Virus record (IMG/VR): IMGVR_UViG_3300028886_000051
Direction: 5' to 3' (one strand)
Source of the DNA: a virus
Taxonomy: Duplodnaviria > Caudoviricetes
DNA length: 64,000 nucleotides
The translations under genes and the position numbers were made by a program. Each line of letters begins with the position of its first letter. Positions within the stretch are counted from its first letter, which is position 1. The notes beneath the pieces are model-generated. The model saw only the letters and a list, made by a program, of their open reading frames with translations, made no database searches and was not told the origin of the DNA. Positions 19,774 to 28,918 of this stretch are shown piece by piece.

Positions 19774-19974
19774 ATGAAAGCATATAAATGTGATATTTGT
19801 GGTGAATATTGCGATTATTCTCATGATATCTATGGTAACATAATGGTGCGAACTAAAAAGAAAAATTTTAAGAAAATGAAATACATAAACGAATTATGTG
19901 ATAGTTGTTTTGAGGATTTACAGAGATATATGCAAGATAAATATTTTGAGCATATGGATAAATATTCAGAGTAA
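19774..19974 (+). CDS. Small zinc-finger protein
   Basis: CDICG...LCDSC. Confidence 0.6.
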   Translation: MKAYKCDICGEYCDYSHDIYGNIMVRTKKKNFKKMKYINELCDSCFEDLQRYMQDKYFEHMDKYSE

Positions 19975-20017
19975 AGATTCGTTTCTTTTGAAATTTTAAC
20001 AGATAGGAGTGATATAA

Positions 20018-21148
20018 ACGAGGGTATATAAAGATAAACAGTATCTTATTTTTGATTATGAAGATGGACGCACTGTAAAATATGATTTCGCAACGAAGAC
20101 CGCTATTGGAATTAAGGGTAAACCAGTAAAGAATCTGTGTAGTCAGCTAAGTGGGTTTACTCTAAATGAGTTATTTGATTGTTGTGATGATGAAAAGTAT
20201 GCGAAGTTTTTACGATTTATTAGAAATTCAGAAACATACTCATATTCAATAAGCAACATAGGAACAATTCTTGATAGAGTTCCAAGATATGATAGATTTG
20301 AACAAATTTTCTCAGCAGGATTTGATGACATTATCAAAGATGGTTATCGGTTCAAGTATTCTATAAATGAGATTCCAAAATCTCTAATCAAATTATGTCG
20401 TAAATATCCCATTAAATTATCCAATAATACTGTTAAGTATTATAAAGAAAATCAAGATGCACATTACATAGCTTATAACTTGGATTATCTAAGTTTAGAT
20501 TCTGATGATATTTATATCGTTTGGAATACAGAAACATGGGATAGAGTTGATGGTGCTTGTATTTATTATTCATTTTTTAATAAATTAGTGAATGACTTTG
20601 GATATAATGCAAAGGATTTATGGTTGTATCTGGATAGAATCAAGACATTTGAGGCAGTTGAAGATATGGGTTTCTTAATTCGTGAATTGTACGATTACGC
20701 TGATATGATGAATCAACTTAGCCCTAAATTTGACAAGTACCCAAGACATTTTTTAACTACACATAGAATTGCTTGTAGAAATTACGATCGAATGAAGAAA
20801 GAGTTCTCAGAAGAGTTATTTAAAAAGAGAATAAATAAACAGTACGAATGCTCTTTTGGTGATTACATATTCATTTATCCAGATTCTACACAGGATATAA
20901 AAGATGAGGCTGCTTCACAAAACAACTGCGTAGCTTCATACATAGATAAGGTTATTGACGGTAAGTGTCACATTCTTTTCTTGAGAAAAAAGAGTAAGCC
21001 AGACGAGAGTTTGGTAACGATTGAAGTAAGAAATAATCATATTGTACAGGCTAGACGAAGATTCAATGATGATGTAACAGCAGAGGATCAGAAAGCTATT
21101 GATGCATTTAACAAAAAGTTTGCAAATAAGAAGGATAAAGTAGCATGA
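20018..21148 (+). CDS. PcfJ-like protein; probable ACG start
   Basis: Frame open from ACG at 20018 behind AGGAGTGA; EAASQNNCVASY, ILFLRKK, TIEV, IVQAR motifs. Confidence 0.75.
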   Translation, partial: TRVYKDKQYLIFDYEDGRTVKYDFATKTAIGIKGKPVKNLCSQLSGFTLNELFDCCDDEKYAKFLRFIRNSETYSYSISNIGTILDRVPRYDRFEQIFSAGFDDIIKDGYRFKYSINEIPKSLIKLCRKYPIKLSNNTVKYYKENQDAHYIAYNLDYLSLDSDDIYIVWNTETWDRVDGACIYYSFFNKLVNDFGYNAKDLWLYLDRIKTFEAVEDMGFLIRELYDYADMMNQLSPKFDKYPRHFLTTHRIACRNYDRMKKEFSEELFKKRINKQYECSFGDYIFIYPDSTQDIKDEAASQNNCVASYIDKVIDGKCHILFLRKKSKPDESLVTIEVRNNHIVQARRRFNDDVTAEDQKAIDAFNKKFANKKDKVA

Positions 21149-21585
21149 TTAAAGGAGATCGAATTAAATTAGTTCGTAAGATGGGTGTGTTTGATAACAT
21201 TGGTGAGATTTGTGAAGTGACTGATATTCAGGAAGGTGGAGTAATCTGCTTTAAATTCGGTGGCTGCCATCTTGGTTGTATGTCATATGACGAGTATGAA
21301 AAGTATTTTGAAAAGGTTGAGACACCTGTAAAGAAACCTTGGAGCGATTGGAGTTTGGCACACAAACTTACTTTTATTGATATTAAGGGCGATGAAAAGA
21401 CTATTAAATATCAGTATAGAGATAATGGTAAGAGAGTCCAGGTTAGAAGTGGTGCTTTGAAAGCAGGTTCATCTTGTTATGACGAGGACGAATTTAGTCT
21501 TAGTAGTGGTTTGGAACTGGCAGAGATGAGATTAGTCGTAAAATACCTTGATAATCAGGTTAAGTCGATTGCAAAGGCGATGTAA
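21145..21585 (+). CDS. Hypothetical protein
   Basis: Translationally coupled ORF. Confidence 0.7.
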   Translation: MIKGDRIKLVRKMGVFDNIGEICEVTDIQEGGVICFKFGGCHLGCMSYDEYEKYFEKVETPVKKPWSDWSLAHKLTFIDIKGDEKTIKYQYRDNGKRVQVRSGALKAGSSCYDEDEFSLSSGLELAEMRLVVKYLDNQVKSIAKAM

Positions 21586-21606
21586 GGATAAAGCGGAGGA
21601 ATTCTT

Positions 21607-21873
21607 ATGACAAGAACGTATTGTGATGTATGTAACAAAGAAACAAGTTCGGTAGCAGAATATATGTTACCAAAGCGTGTGCCGAAATATGCGACAGACA
21701 AAGCGGGTAATAAAATAATGCCATTTGGAGAGACCGTTAAACCAGTAAAAAAGGAGTTGTGTCCAAGATGCTCTCGTTTATTAAATGTATTTATAGATGG
21801 TTATTTAGCAGCTTTGAGTACGGAAGATGATAAATATACAATTCAATTTAATCTTATTCACGAAAGAGAATAA
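21607..21873 (+). CDS. Zinc-finger hypothetical protein
   Basis: CDVC...LCPRC. Confidence 0.65.
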   Translation: MTRTYCDVCNKETSSVAEYMLPKRVPKYATDKAGNKIMPFGETVKPVKKELCPRCSRLLNVFIDGYLAALSTEDDKYTIQFNLIHERE

Positions 21874-22003
21874 CAACATATAGGAAGTATTCTGAAAGAG
21901 TAATCAATCAGATAGTGGTCACAGGTTCATGACCAACATACATAAAAGTCTATGTAAAGAGAAATGGTTCTCATGAATTATCGGTTTCCTTTGGAGGTGA
22001 CAA

Positions 22004-22282
22004 GTGTTTAATATTGGTGAATTGGTTATAGAAAAAATACAGAGTTATGAATTATGGACAGATGTCCCTAGCTATGAAAGGCTAGATGTTGTACATTGCG
22101 TATTATGTTTAATTCCTAATCCTTATGATTCGATAAGAGAATATTTAAAAAGAAGGAAAGAACATAATAAAAAATATAAAGAATTTTGGTCTAATGCAGA
22201 TAAAGTAATTTTCAATAATGATAGAAGTATGTACAGAGCTGCGATTATGACAAAATTAGCAGTGAATGAAGAGGCGAAGTAA
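22004..22282 (+). CDS. Hypothetical protein
   Basis: GTG with GGAGGTG SD. Confidence 0.6.
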   Translation: MFNIGELVIEKIQSYELWTDVPSYERLDVVHCVLCLIPNPYDSIREYLKRRKEHNKKYKEFWSNADKVIFNNDRSMYRAAIMTKLAVNEEAK

Positions 22283-22519
22283 ATGATAACACCACCAGTA
22301 ATACAAAGTTTAACAAACGAAAATACAATATTGGCAAGTGCTTCTATAGAAGATTTGCAAGAATATAAGAAAAATGCTTGTAAAATTCTTAGAAGTCAGA
22401 CGCAGTGTGCTACTGCAAAAATCGTAGAAGAATTGATTGACCAGGAAATTATGAATAGAAAAATTATTGAAGAATGGAATAAAATCTATGAACAATTTCC
22501 TGAACATGTAGGAGTGTGA
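22283..22519 (+). CDS. Hypothetical protein
   Basis: ORF. Confidence 0.6.
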   Translation: MITPPVIQSLTNENTILASASIEDLQEYKKNACKILRSQTQCATAKIVEELIDQEIMNRKIIEEWNKIYEQFPEHVGV

Positions 22520-22944
22520 TACCAATAGAATTAGAGAATAATCCAAAACAGATTGAAGAAAATCTTAAAACTGTACTCACATTAGAATATATGGGAATTC
22601 ATATCGAAGACACAAAAGAGCAAGGTTTTAAACAATTATATTATTTCTCAGTGCCAGAAAGATCTACACTAAAAACCGAATCTGCAAAAGAACAAGCTGA
22701 GACAGCAGATGATTTAATTCAAGTTGCGAAAGCTACTTTGACAGAAATGATTCTCGATTCGTGCAAATCTGAATTTGACGATGAAGATGAAGAATTTTAT
22801 AAAGATGTAGAGAATAATATCTCAGACTATGCTTTGTTCTTTGCAAAAGTCAGAAAAGGAGAAGTATGGAATAAGGAAATGGGTAAAGCTGCCGTTAATA
22901 AAGCGGTTGAACTGTTAAAAAACCTATCGTACAAACAGGTTTAG
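22516..22944 (+). CDS. Hypothetical protein
   Basis: ORF. Confidence 0.65.
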   Translation: MIPIELENNPKQIEENLKTVLTLEYMGIHIEDTKEQGFKQLYYFSVPERSTLKTESAKEQAETADDLIQVAKATLTEMILDSCKSEFDDEDEEFYKDVENNISDYALFFAKVRKGEVWNKEMGKAAVNKAVELLKNLSYKQV

Positions 22945-23074
22945 AAGGAGAATAACTATATGTAGTCGATTGGTAAAATTTATATACTATATATAATGCC
23001 ATAAAAGAGATAAATCACAATATATAGTAATAAAAGTACCAAGAAATTTCGATTTTTTGTGAGGAGGTGAAATC

Positions 23075-23509
23075 ATGGAGAAAGTAATTAAATATAGATG
23101 TTCTAAATGTGGAGAATTATTTGATACACCTGAAGATGCTTTAGCACATGAAATAAGACATGAAAGAATTGAGAAGGCTAATGAGATGCTTGATGAAGGA
23201 TATACATTAAAGCAAATCAATGACGAGTGTGAGATTTGGGATTCTGTGCCAGAACATTTAGAGAATGTAAATAAAGATAACTGTTTTAAAATTAGCTATT
23301 GGCAATGCTGCGACAAACCCGCATATCAAATTATGCATATCTTTTTTGATGGAAGAGTAAATGTAAGAGGTTGTGGTTCGTGGAGTGGATATTATGGCAA
23401 TTGCCTTAGATTAGATAGTCGTGATTTGGAAGATCCAAGACCAAAGGAAGAGTTATTTGTAGATGGTAGATATACAAGTAGATGGGAATTATATTTGGAG
23501 AATATATAA
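23075..23509 (+). CDS. C2H2-like zinc-finger hypothetical protein
   Basis: YRCSKCGELF...ALAHEIRH. Confidence 0.65.
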   Translation: MEKVIKYRCSKCGELFDTPEDALAHEIRHERIEKANEMLDEGYTLKQINDECEIWDSVPEHLENVNKDNCFKISYWQCCDKPAYQIMHIFFDGRVNVRGCGSWSGYYGNCLRLDSRDLEDPRPKEELFVDGRYTSRWELYLENI

Positions 23510-23524
23510 GTGGAGGTAATTATA

Positions 23525-23785
23525 ATGACAAGTTACGAATTTGAAAAAGCTGCAAAGAATGCAGTGATTCAGACATTGAGTGAAAACATTAGTATTGACC
23601 AGTTGGATCTCGTGTGGTTTGCACATGAGTTAGGTTATAAGAAGTGTACTATTTGGGGACAGCCGATGGGTAACAGATATGCAGAAGTTACTTATAACAG
23701 AGATAAAGATGAGATGTATGTAGATATTTATCAGAAGATTATCAACAATAAGATTTCGTCTGATGAGTTCAATTTTGAAGCGTAA
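23525..23785 (+). CDS. Conserved phage protein (DUF6275-like)
   Basis: VWFAHELG...YAEVTYNRDKDEMYVDIY. Confidence 0.65.
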   Translation: MTSYEFEKAAKNAVIQTLSENISIDQLDLVWFAHELGYKKCTIWGQPMGNRYAEVTYNRDKDEMYVDIYQKIINNKISSDEFNFEA

Positions 23786-23818
23786 AGGAGAATAACATAT
23801 TGAAAGAGAGGTACATAT

Positions 23819-24667
23819 ATGCCAGTACAGGATGATTTAGGCTGTCGCATGAAGACATTTTATGAGCAGATTCCTAAGACAAAATTAATGAGAAGGTGTC
23901 CAGTTGCTATCCGCATTGACGGAAAGGCGTTTCATACATTCACAAGAGGATTCCAGAAACCGTTTGATGAAGTGCTAATTAAGTCTATGCAGGAAACAAT
24001 GAAATACTTATGTGAGAATATTCAAGGCTGTGTTCTTGGTTACACGCAGTCAGATGAGATTACATTGATCCTTGTTGATTATAAGAAACTTACATCTTCA
24101 GCTTGGTTTGATTATGAAGTGCAGAAGATTTGTAGTATTGCGGCAAGTATGGCTACGATGGCATTTAATAAATTCTTCAGAGATAATGTTGGTGACTATT
24201 TATATGAGAATTATGACGATCAGTATTTAGCTGATTATATTAAAATTTTACAGAATGCAGTTGACAAAGGTGCAATGTTTGATGCTCGTTGTTTCAATAT
24301 TCCAAAAGAAGAAGTAACAAATCTCGTATATTGGCGACAACTTGATGCTTCTCGTAACTCAATTCAGATGGTAGGTCAGGTTTGTTTCTCACACAAAGAA
24401 TTACAGAATAAGTCATGCAATGATATTCAGGATATGCTTATTACTCAGAAAGGTATTAACTGGAACGATTTACCGACTTATCAGAAGAGAGGAAGCTGTT
24501 GTGTAAGAAATAAGATTGTTATTGAAACTGACAGTGTTACAGCAACTGCACAGTTAAGAGATACTTCTAAATCAGAAAATGAGTGGATTATTGATACAGA
24601 TATCCCTATTTTCAAGGGCGAAGGTAGAGAATATATTGATAGATTGGTATTTATTGGTGAAGAGTAA
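23819..24667 (+). CDS. Thg1-like protein (tRNA-His guanylyltransferase / 3'-5' polymerase family)
   Basis: RIDGKAFHTFT, YTQSDEI, FDARCF, WRQLDASRNS. Confidence 0.9.
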   Translation: MPVQDDLGCRMKTFYEQIPKTKLMRRCPVAIRIDGKAFHTFTRGFQKPFDEVLIKSMQETMKYLCENIQGCVLGYTQSDEITLILVDYKKLTSSAWFDYEVQKICSIAASMATMAFNKFFRDNVGDYLYENYDDQYLADYIKILQNAVDKGAMFDARCFNIPKEEVTNLVYWRQLDASRNSIQMVGQVCFSHKELQNKSCNDIQDMLITQKGINWNDLPTYQKRGSCCVRNKIVIETDSVTATAQLRDTSKSENEWIIDTDIPIFKGEGREYIDRLVFIGEE

Positions 24668-24687
24668 ATATAAAGGAGAATATACAT

Positions 24688-24909
24688 ATGAGTAATTTAA
24701 AGCAAAAATTAACAAAAGGTGGCGCAACAGCAGTTATTGTCATTACAATTTTGGCATTATGTTATGGACTTAGTTGGATTGTTACATGTGGAATAATCAA
24801 GCTTATTACAATGTGCTTTGGTTTGACATTTAAATGGTCTATTGCGACTGGTATTTGGTTGATTATCTGCATTTTAAAGTCAGTTTTCAATGTAACAGTA
24901 AAGAAATAA
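24688..24909 (+). CDS. Small membrane protein
   Basis: Two hydrophobic segments. Confidence 0.65.
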   Translation: MSNLKQKLTKGGATAVIVITILALCYGLSWIVTCGIIKLITMCFGLTFKWSIATGIWLIICILKSVFNVTVKK

Positions 24910-24961
24910 AAGCCGAGTAAACTGACATTTCTTGACCAAATTGGAGACAAGGAGGAATAAA

Positions 24962-25249
24962 ATGTGTTCTGATACAGTAATTGATTTATTAAGCATATTT
25001 TTAATATTGAGTATATTATTTGCAGGATTCTATATAGCCTACAAAGCGGATATCGAAAATATATCTGTTCTCAATTCTATAAAGAATTTTATTATTGATT
25101 TATTTAAAGATAGAAATATTTTAGGTAAATTTCTTTCAAGTGTTGTATTTTTATTATCTATTCCAGGCATGTTATATATGATTCTTTTAGCAATAGTTGA
25201 TGTGTTCATAAAGTTATTTATAAAAATATGGAAGTTAGGAAATAGATAA
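24962..25249 (+). CDS. Small membrane protein
   Basis: ATG with AGGAGG SD; two TM segments. Confidence 0.6.
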   Translation: MCSDTVIDLLSIFLILSILFAGFYIAYKADIENISVLNSIKNFIIDLFKDRNILGKFLSSVVFLLSIPGMLYMILLAIVDVFIKLFIKIWKLGNR

Positions 25250-25291
25250 AATTTTATATAAATAAGAGAATATATAGTTGGAGGTGAGAAT

Positions 25292-25597
25292 GTGAGTATG
25301 GTGAATTTAAATTTACACACAATTATATTAATTGTGTTATGTCATTTAATTGGTGATTATGTATTACAATGTGATTTTATTGCACAGACAAAAGGGAAGA
25401 ATTGGTATCATTTATTTGTACATTGTGCATTGTATTGTGTTCCATTCTTAATAGTATTTGGTTGGACATGGCAGTTAGCAGCAATTTTTATTTCGCATCT
25501 GATTATTGATCCGTTGAAAGCAAGATGGAATAAGATTACATACACTACAGACCAGACATTACATTATATAATCGGAATGCTTTATCTTATTGGTTAA
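25292..25597 (+). CDS. DUF3307-like membrane protein
   Basis: HLIGDYVLQ, HCALY, SHLIID, DQTLH. Confidence 0.75.
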   Translation: MSMVNLNLHTIILIVLCHLIGDYVLQCDFIAQTKGKNWYHLFVHCALYCVPFLIVFGWTWQLAAIFISHLIIDPLKARWNKITYTTDQTLHYIIGMLYLIG

Positions 25598-25699
25598 TCA
25601 ACCAAACAATTCTCAATAAAAATGAAAATCAAATAGAGAATAAGTAAGTGAAAGGAGTGAGTGGCAGCCTTAAAGATATATCGCTCTGAGTAAATTACA

Positions 25700-26524
25700 A
25701 TGTACGAACCAGTAATTAAATGGAGTGGAAGTAAGAGAAGTCAGGCAGAGAAAATTTTAACATTTTTCCCAAAAGAGATTGATACATATTATGAACCATT
25801 TTGCGGTGGAGCTTCAGTTTTAAGAAGACTTTTCGATAGCGATATACGAGTTAAGCATTATGTATGTAGTGATTTGAATAGTGGGCTGATTGACTTATGG
25901 AATGAAATCATTAACAATCCGTTAGAAGTTTCTACCTATTACAAGAAGCTTTGGAATGAATTAAATGTGGATGATGATAAGCAACGAAAGAAAGAATATT
26001 TTGCAAATGTTAGAGACAGATATAACAAAGAACATAATCCTTTAGATTTTATGTTTATTATGAGAACAACAACCAATGGTATGCCAAGATATAATCGCAA
26101 TGGCGAATTTAATAATTCATTTCATGTGACTAGAAATGGTATTATTCCTGAAACATTTGAGAAGATAATTTTTGAATGGAGTCAATTATTGAAACAGAAT
26201 GATGTTAAATTTATCAGTTGTTCGTATGAAGATATAAAACCAACAGAGAATGATTATATGTATCTTGATCCACCTTATGCAAATACAAAAGGTATGTATT
26301 ATGGAACTATTGATTATGAAAAATTTTGGGATTATTTAAGACAGTTACCATGCAGATATGCTTTATCTTTTGATGGCAAGAGTGGTGATATAGATAATAC
26401 TTGGAATGTTCCTAAAGACATATATACAACACATGAGTATTTACTAAGTGGTAATAGTAGTTTTAAACGTACAATTGGCAAATCGAACGACAGCATTGTT
26501 TACGAAAGTTTGTATGTAAAGTAG
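25700..26524 (+). CDS. Dam/D12-class adenine methyltransferase
   Basis: KWSGSK, EPFCGG, RYNRNGEFN, LDPPY. Confidence 0.9.
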   Translation: MYEPVIKWSGSKRSQAEKILTFFPKEIDTYYEPFCGGASVLRRLFDSDIRVKHYVCSDLNSGLIDLWNEIINNPLEVSTYYKKLWNELNVDDDKQRKKEYFANVRDRYNKEHNPLDFMFIMRTTTNGMPRYNRNGEFNNSFHVTRNGIIPETFEKIIFEWSQLLKQNDVKFISCSYEDIKPTENDYMYLDPPYANTKGMYYGTIDYEKFWDYLRQLPCRYALSFDGKSGDIDNTWNVPKDIYTTHEYLLSGNSSFKRTIGKSNDSIVYESLYVK

Positions 26525-26779
26525 AGAATATATATAAGTAGCAAGAAACCTGCGTTTCATTGGTTTCGCAAACCTAGTATTTACAATGGTTTCAGAGGTC
26601 AAAAATTTCAAAAATGCTCAAATCGAGCAAAAATCCCTAATTTTCAATGATTTTTAGAGAATAATAAAAATGAGGTGTTGAAAACCCTTATAAATCAAGG
26701 GTTTTACAGTATCAATATCAAGAAACAGAGAATATAAGAATAGTAAGAAATCACTGTTTCTTTGGAAAATTAAAAAAGA

Positions 26780-26929
26780 CATTGTGTGGTAAGTCTCCGA
26801 AAAGGGGTATGGAGAGTCTGAGCAGACGGATAGTGAGTTGGGATTGAGGTTTGAGACCTATGAGAAATAAGCTTCTGCAATGAGAAACCCTAGCTTTGCT
26901 GTAAGGTTCAAATCCTTACCCACACAATG
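26780..26929 (+). ncRNA. Enlarged tRNA-like RNA
   Basis: Terminal stem cattgtgtgg/ccacacaatg directly adjoining T-arm gtaagg-TTCAAAT-ccttac; internal stems. Confidence 0.6.
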
Positions 26930-26956
26930 AGATAAAAAAAAGAATATATAAGTGAG

Positions 26957-27268
26957 GTGAGAAAGATAGAGAATCTTATAAACTTATCAGATATTATTCT
27001 TGATAATTTAGAGAATATACATATAGACGCAAAAGGTACTGTCTTAGGAGAACCTAAAAGCATAAACATTGGAATTGATATTTCAGATTTAAATAATGCA
27101 GAAATGGAAATTACATGTTGGGACGAAAGAAATCCTACAACTGGGAAAATGGAGCGTAAGAAAAAAGCAACAATTAGTTTCACAGATTATGAAATGAATT
27201 ATAAGTTGCAGGATGAAACTAAAACAAACATATTGGAATGTTTGTGGAAAACAAGAAAAAGTAATTAA
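26957..27268 (+). CDS. Hypothetical protein
   Basis: ORF. Confidence 0.6.
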   Translation: MRKIENLINLSDIILDNLENIHIDAKGTVLGEPKSINIGIDISDLNNAEMEITCWDERNPTTGKMERKKKATISFTDYEMNYKLQDETKTNILECLWKTRKSN

Positions 27269-27498
27269 AATATCTAATCATCCTTGAACAAATCGTTCAA
27301 AATTTCTAGTAAACAAGAGAATAAATAAATGTGGAAAGCATTTGTATGGGTGGAAGAACAGCATACCCTTGGGTTTTTATACTCAAAAATCACTGTTGAA
27401 GATAGATTTTTACATAAATTTATTTTCTATGTTCCGTCCATTAGGGCGTTTAGATATAAGTTATCAATTAAATTTTATTATAAGGAGGATACTTTAGA

Positions 27499-28449
27499 AT
27501 GGCATTTAAAGTACAAAAAGCAGTAAGAGAAAAAATTTATACAAAGGTAGCACTCATGGCACCTTCAGGTGGTGGTAAGACTTATTCAGCATTAAGACTT
27601 GCTACAGGAATGAAAGAGGAACTTGAAAAGATTACAGGAAAGCCTTGCAGAATCTTAATGGCTAATACAGAGGGAGCAAGAGGTAGATATTACGCTAACG
27701 AGTTTGATTATGACATTATTGACCTCGTAGAGCCTTTCAATCCAGAGCAGTTTTCAGACGCAATTGATTTTGCAGTAAATGAAGGATATGACATTCTTCT
27801 TATGGATAGCACTTCTCCTGAGTGGGATGGTAAAGGTGGATGTCTTGAATTACAGCAGAAGGCTGGCGGTACATATCAGGCATGGGGTAAGGTAACTCCT
27901 AGACATGACGCATTTATCAATAAGCTTGCAACAAGTCCTATTCACTTAATCGCAACTATGAGAGGTAAGGATCAGTATGAGATTGAGAAGGATGATAGAG
28001 GTAAGACAAGCGTTAAGAAGCTTGGTGTTGGTGCAAAGCAGAGAGATGGTTTTGAGTATGAGTTCACTTGTACATTTACAGTAGACCAGAAAACACATAT
28101 GGCAGAGCCACAGAAAGATAACACTCATATCTTCGAGAATGACAATGCAACACTTCTTACAGAAGCACATGGTCAGAAGATTATTAAGTGGGCAAACACT
28201 TCTGATATTGAGCCAACAAGACCTAAGTTCACAGCATCCACAGCAGCAACAGAGCCAACAGAAGACATTACAGCAGTCAAGAAAGAGATTATTTCTCTTT
28301 GCACTCAGCTTGGAGGAACAAAGAACGAAGCTCTTATGACAACATTAAAAGAGTTTGTGCCTAGCGGAAATCCAAATGCAATTAAGGATGTGCAGAAAGC
28401 AAAGGATTGTTTAGCAAAGATTAAAGAGATTCAGCCAGTACAGGCGTAA
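27499..28449 (+). CDS. AAA_24/Sak4-like ATPase (recombination)
   Basis: Walker A APSGGGKT, LLMDS, ATMRGK; directly upstream of ssb. Confidence 0.8.
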   Translation: MAFKVQKAVREKIYTKVALMAPSGGGKTYSALRLATGMKEELEKITGKPCRILMANTEGARGRYYANEFDYDIIDLVEPFNPEQFSDAIDFAVNEGYDILLMDSTSPEWDGKGGCLELQQKAGGTYQAWGKVTPRHDAFINKLATSPIHLIATMRGKDQYEIEKDDRGKTSVKKLGVGAKQRDGFEYEFTCTFTVDQKTHMAEPQKDNTHIFENDNATLLTEAHGQKIIKWANTSDIEPTRPKFTASTAATEPTEDITAVKKEIISLCTQLGGTKNEALMTTLKEFVPSGNPNAIKDVQKAKDCLAKIKEIQPVQA

Positions 28450-28470
28450 TTATAAGGAGGACAAAAATAC

Positions 28471-28902
28471 ATGAATAAGACAATTTTAATGGGAAGACTC
28501 ACAAGAGATCCAGAGGTAAGATACACACAGGGCGACAATACATCGGCGGTAGCAAGATTTTCTCTTGCCGTTGACCGTAGATTCAAGAAAGATGGAGAAC
28601 AGACAGCAGATTTTATCAATTGTGTAGCTTTTGGTAAAACTGGCGAGTTTATTGAGAAGTATGGTCGTAAGGGTACAAAATTTGTTGTAGAAGGACGTAT
28701 TCAGACTGGTTCTTATACAAATAAGGATGGACAGAAGGTATATACAACAGATGTCGTTGTTGAGCAGGTTGAGTTTGCAGAGAGTAAGGCTTCTGCCGAT
28801 GGTAATGCAACTGGTAACACATATAATCCCGACAGTTCAACTGACACAGGCTTTATGAATATCCCTGACGGAGTGGAAGATGAAGGATTACCATTTAACT
28901 AA
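28471..28902 (+). CDS. ssb: Single-stranded DNA-binding protein
   Basis: MGRLTRDPEVRY, VEGRIQTGSY, acidic LPF tail. Confidence 0.95.
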   Translation: MNKTILMGRLTRDPEVRYTQGDNTSAVARFSLAVDRRFKKDGEQTADFINCVAFGKTGEFIEKYGRKGTKFVVEGRIQTGSYTNKDGQKVYTTDVVVEQVEFAESKASADGNATGNTYNPDSSTDTGFMNIPDGVEDEGLPFN

Positions 28903-28918
28903 AAAGAGGTAAATATGC

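Noticed and set aside
26780-26929. Canonical tRNA or tmRNA
   Set aside because: Too long for a tRNA with no proper anticodon arm; too short for tmRNA and lacks its conserved ends.
27284-27300. LexA box or further core site (TTGAAC-AAATC-GTTCAA)
   Set aside because: 5-bp spacer fits neither GAAC-N4-GTTC nor the N6 motif; single copy.
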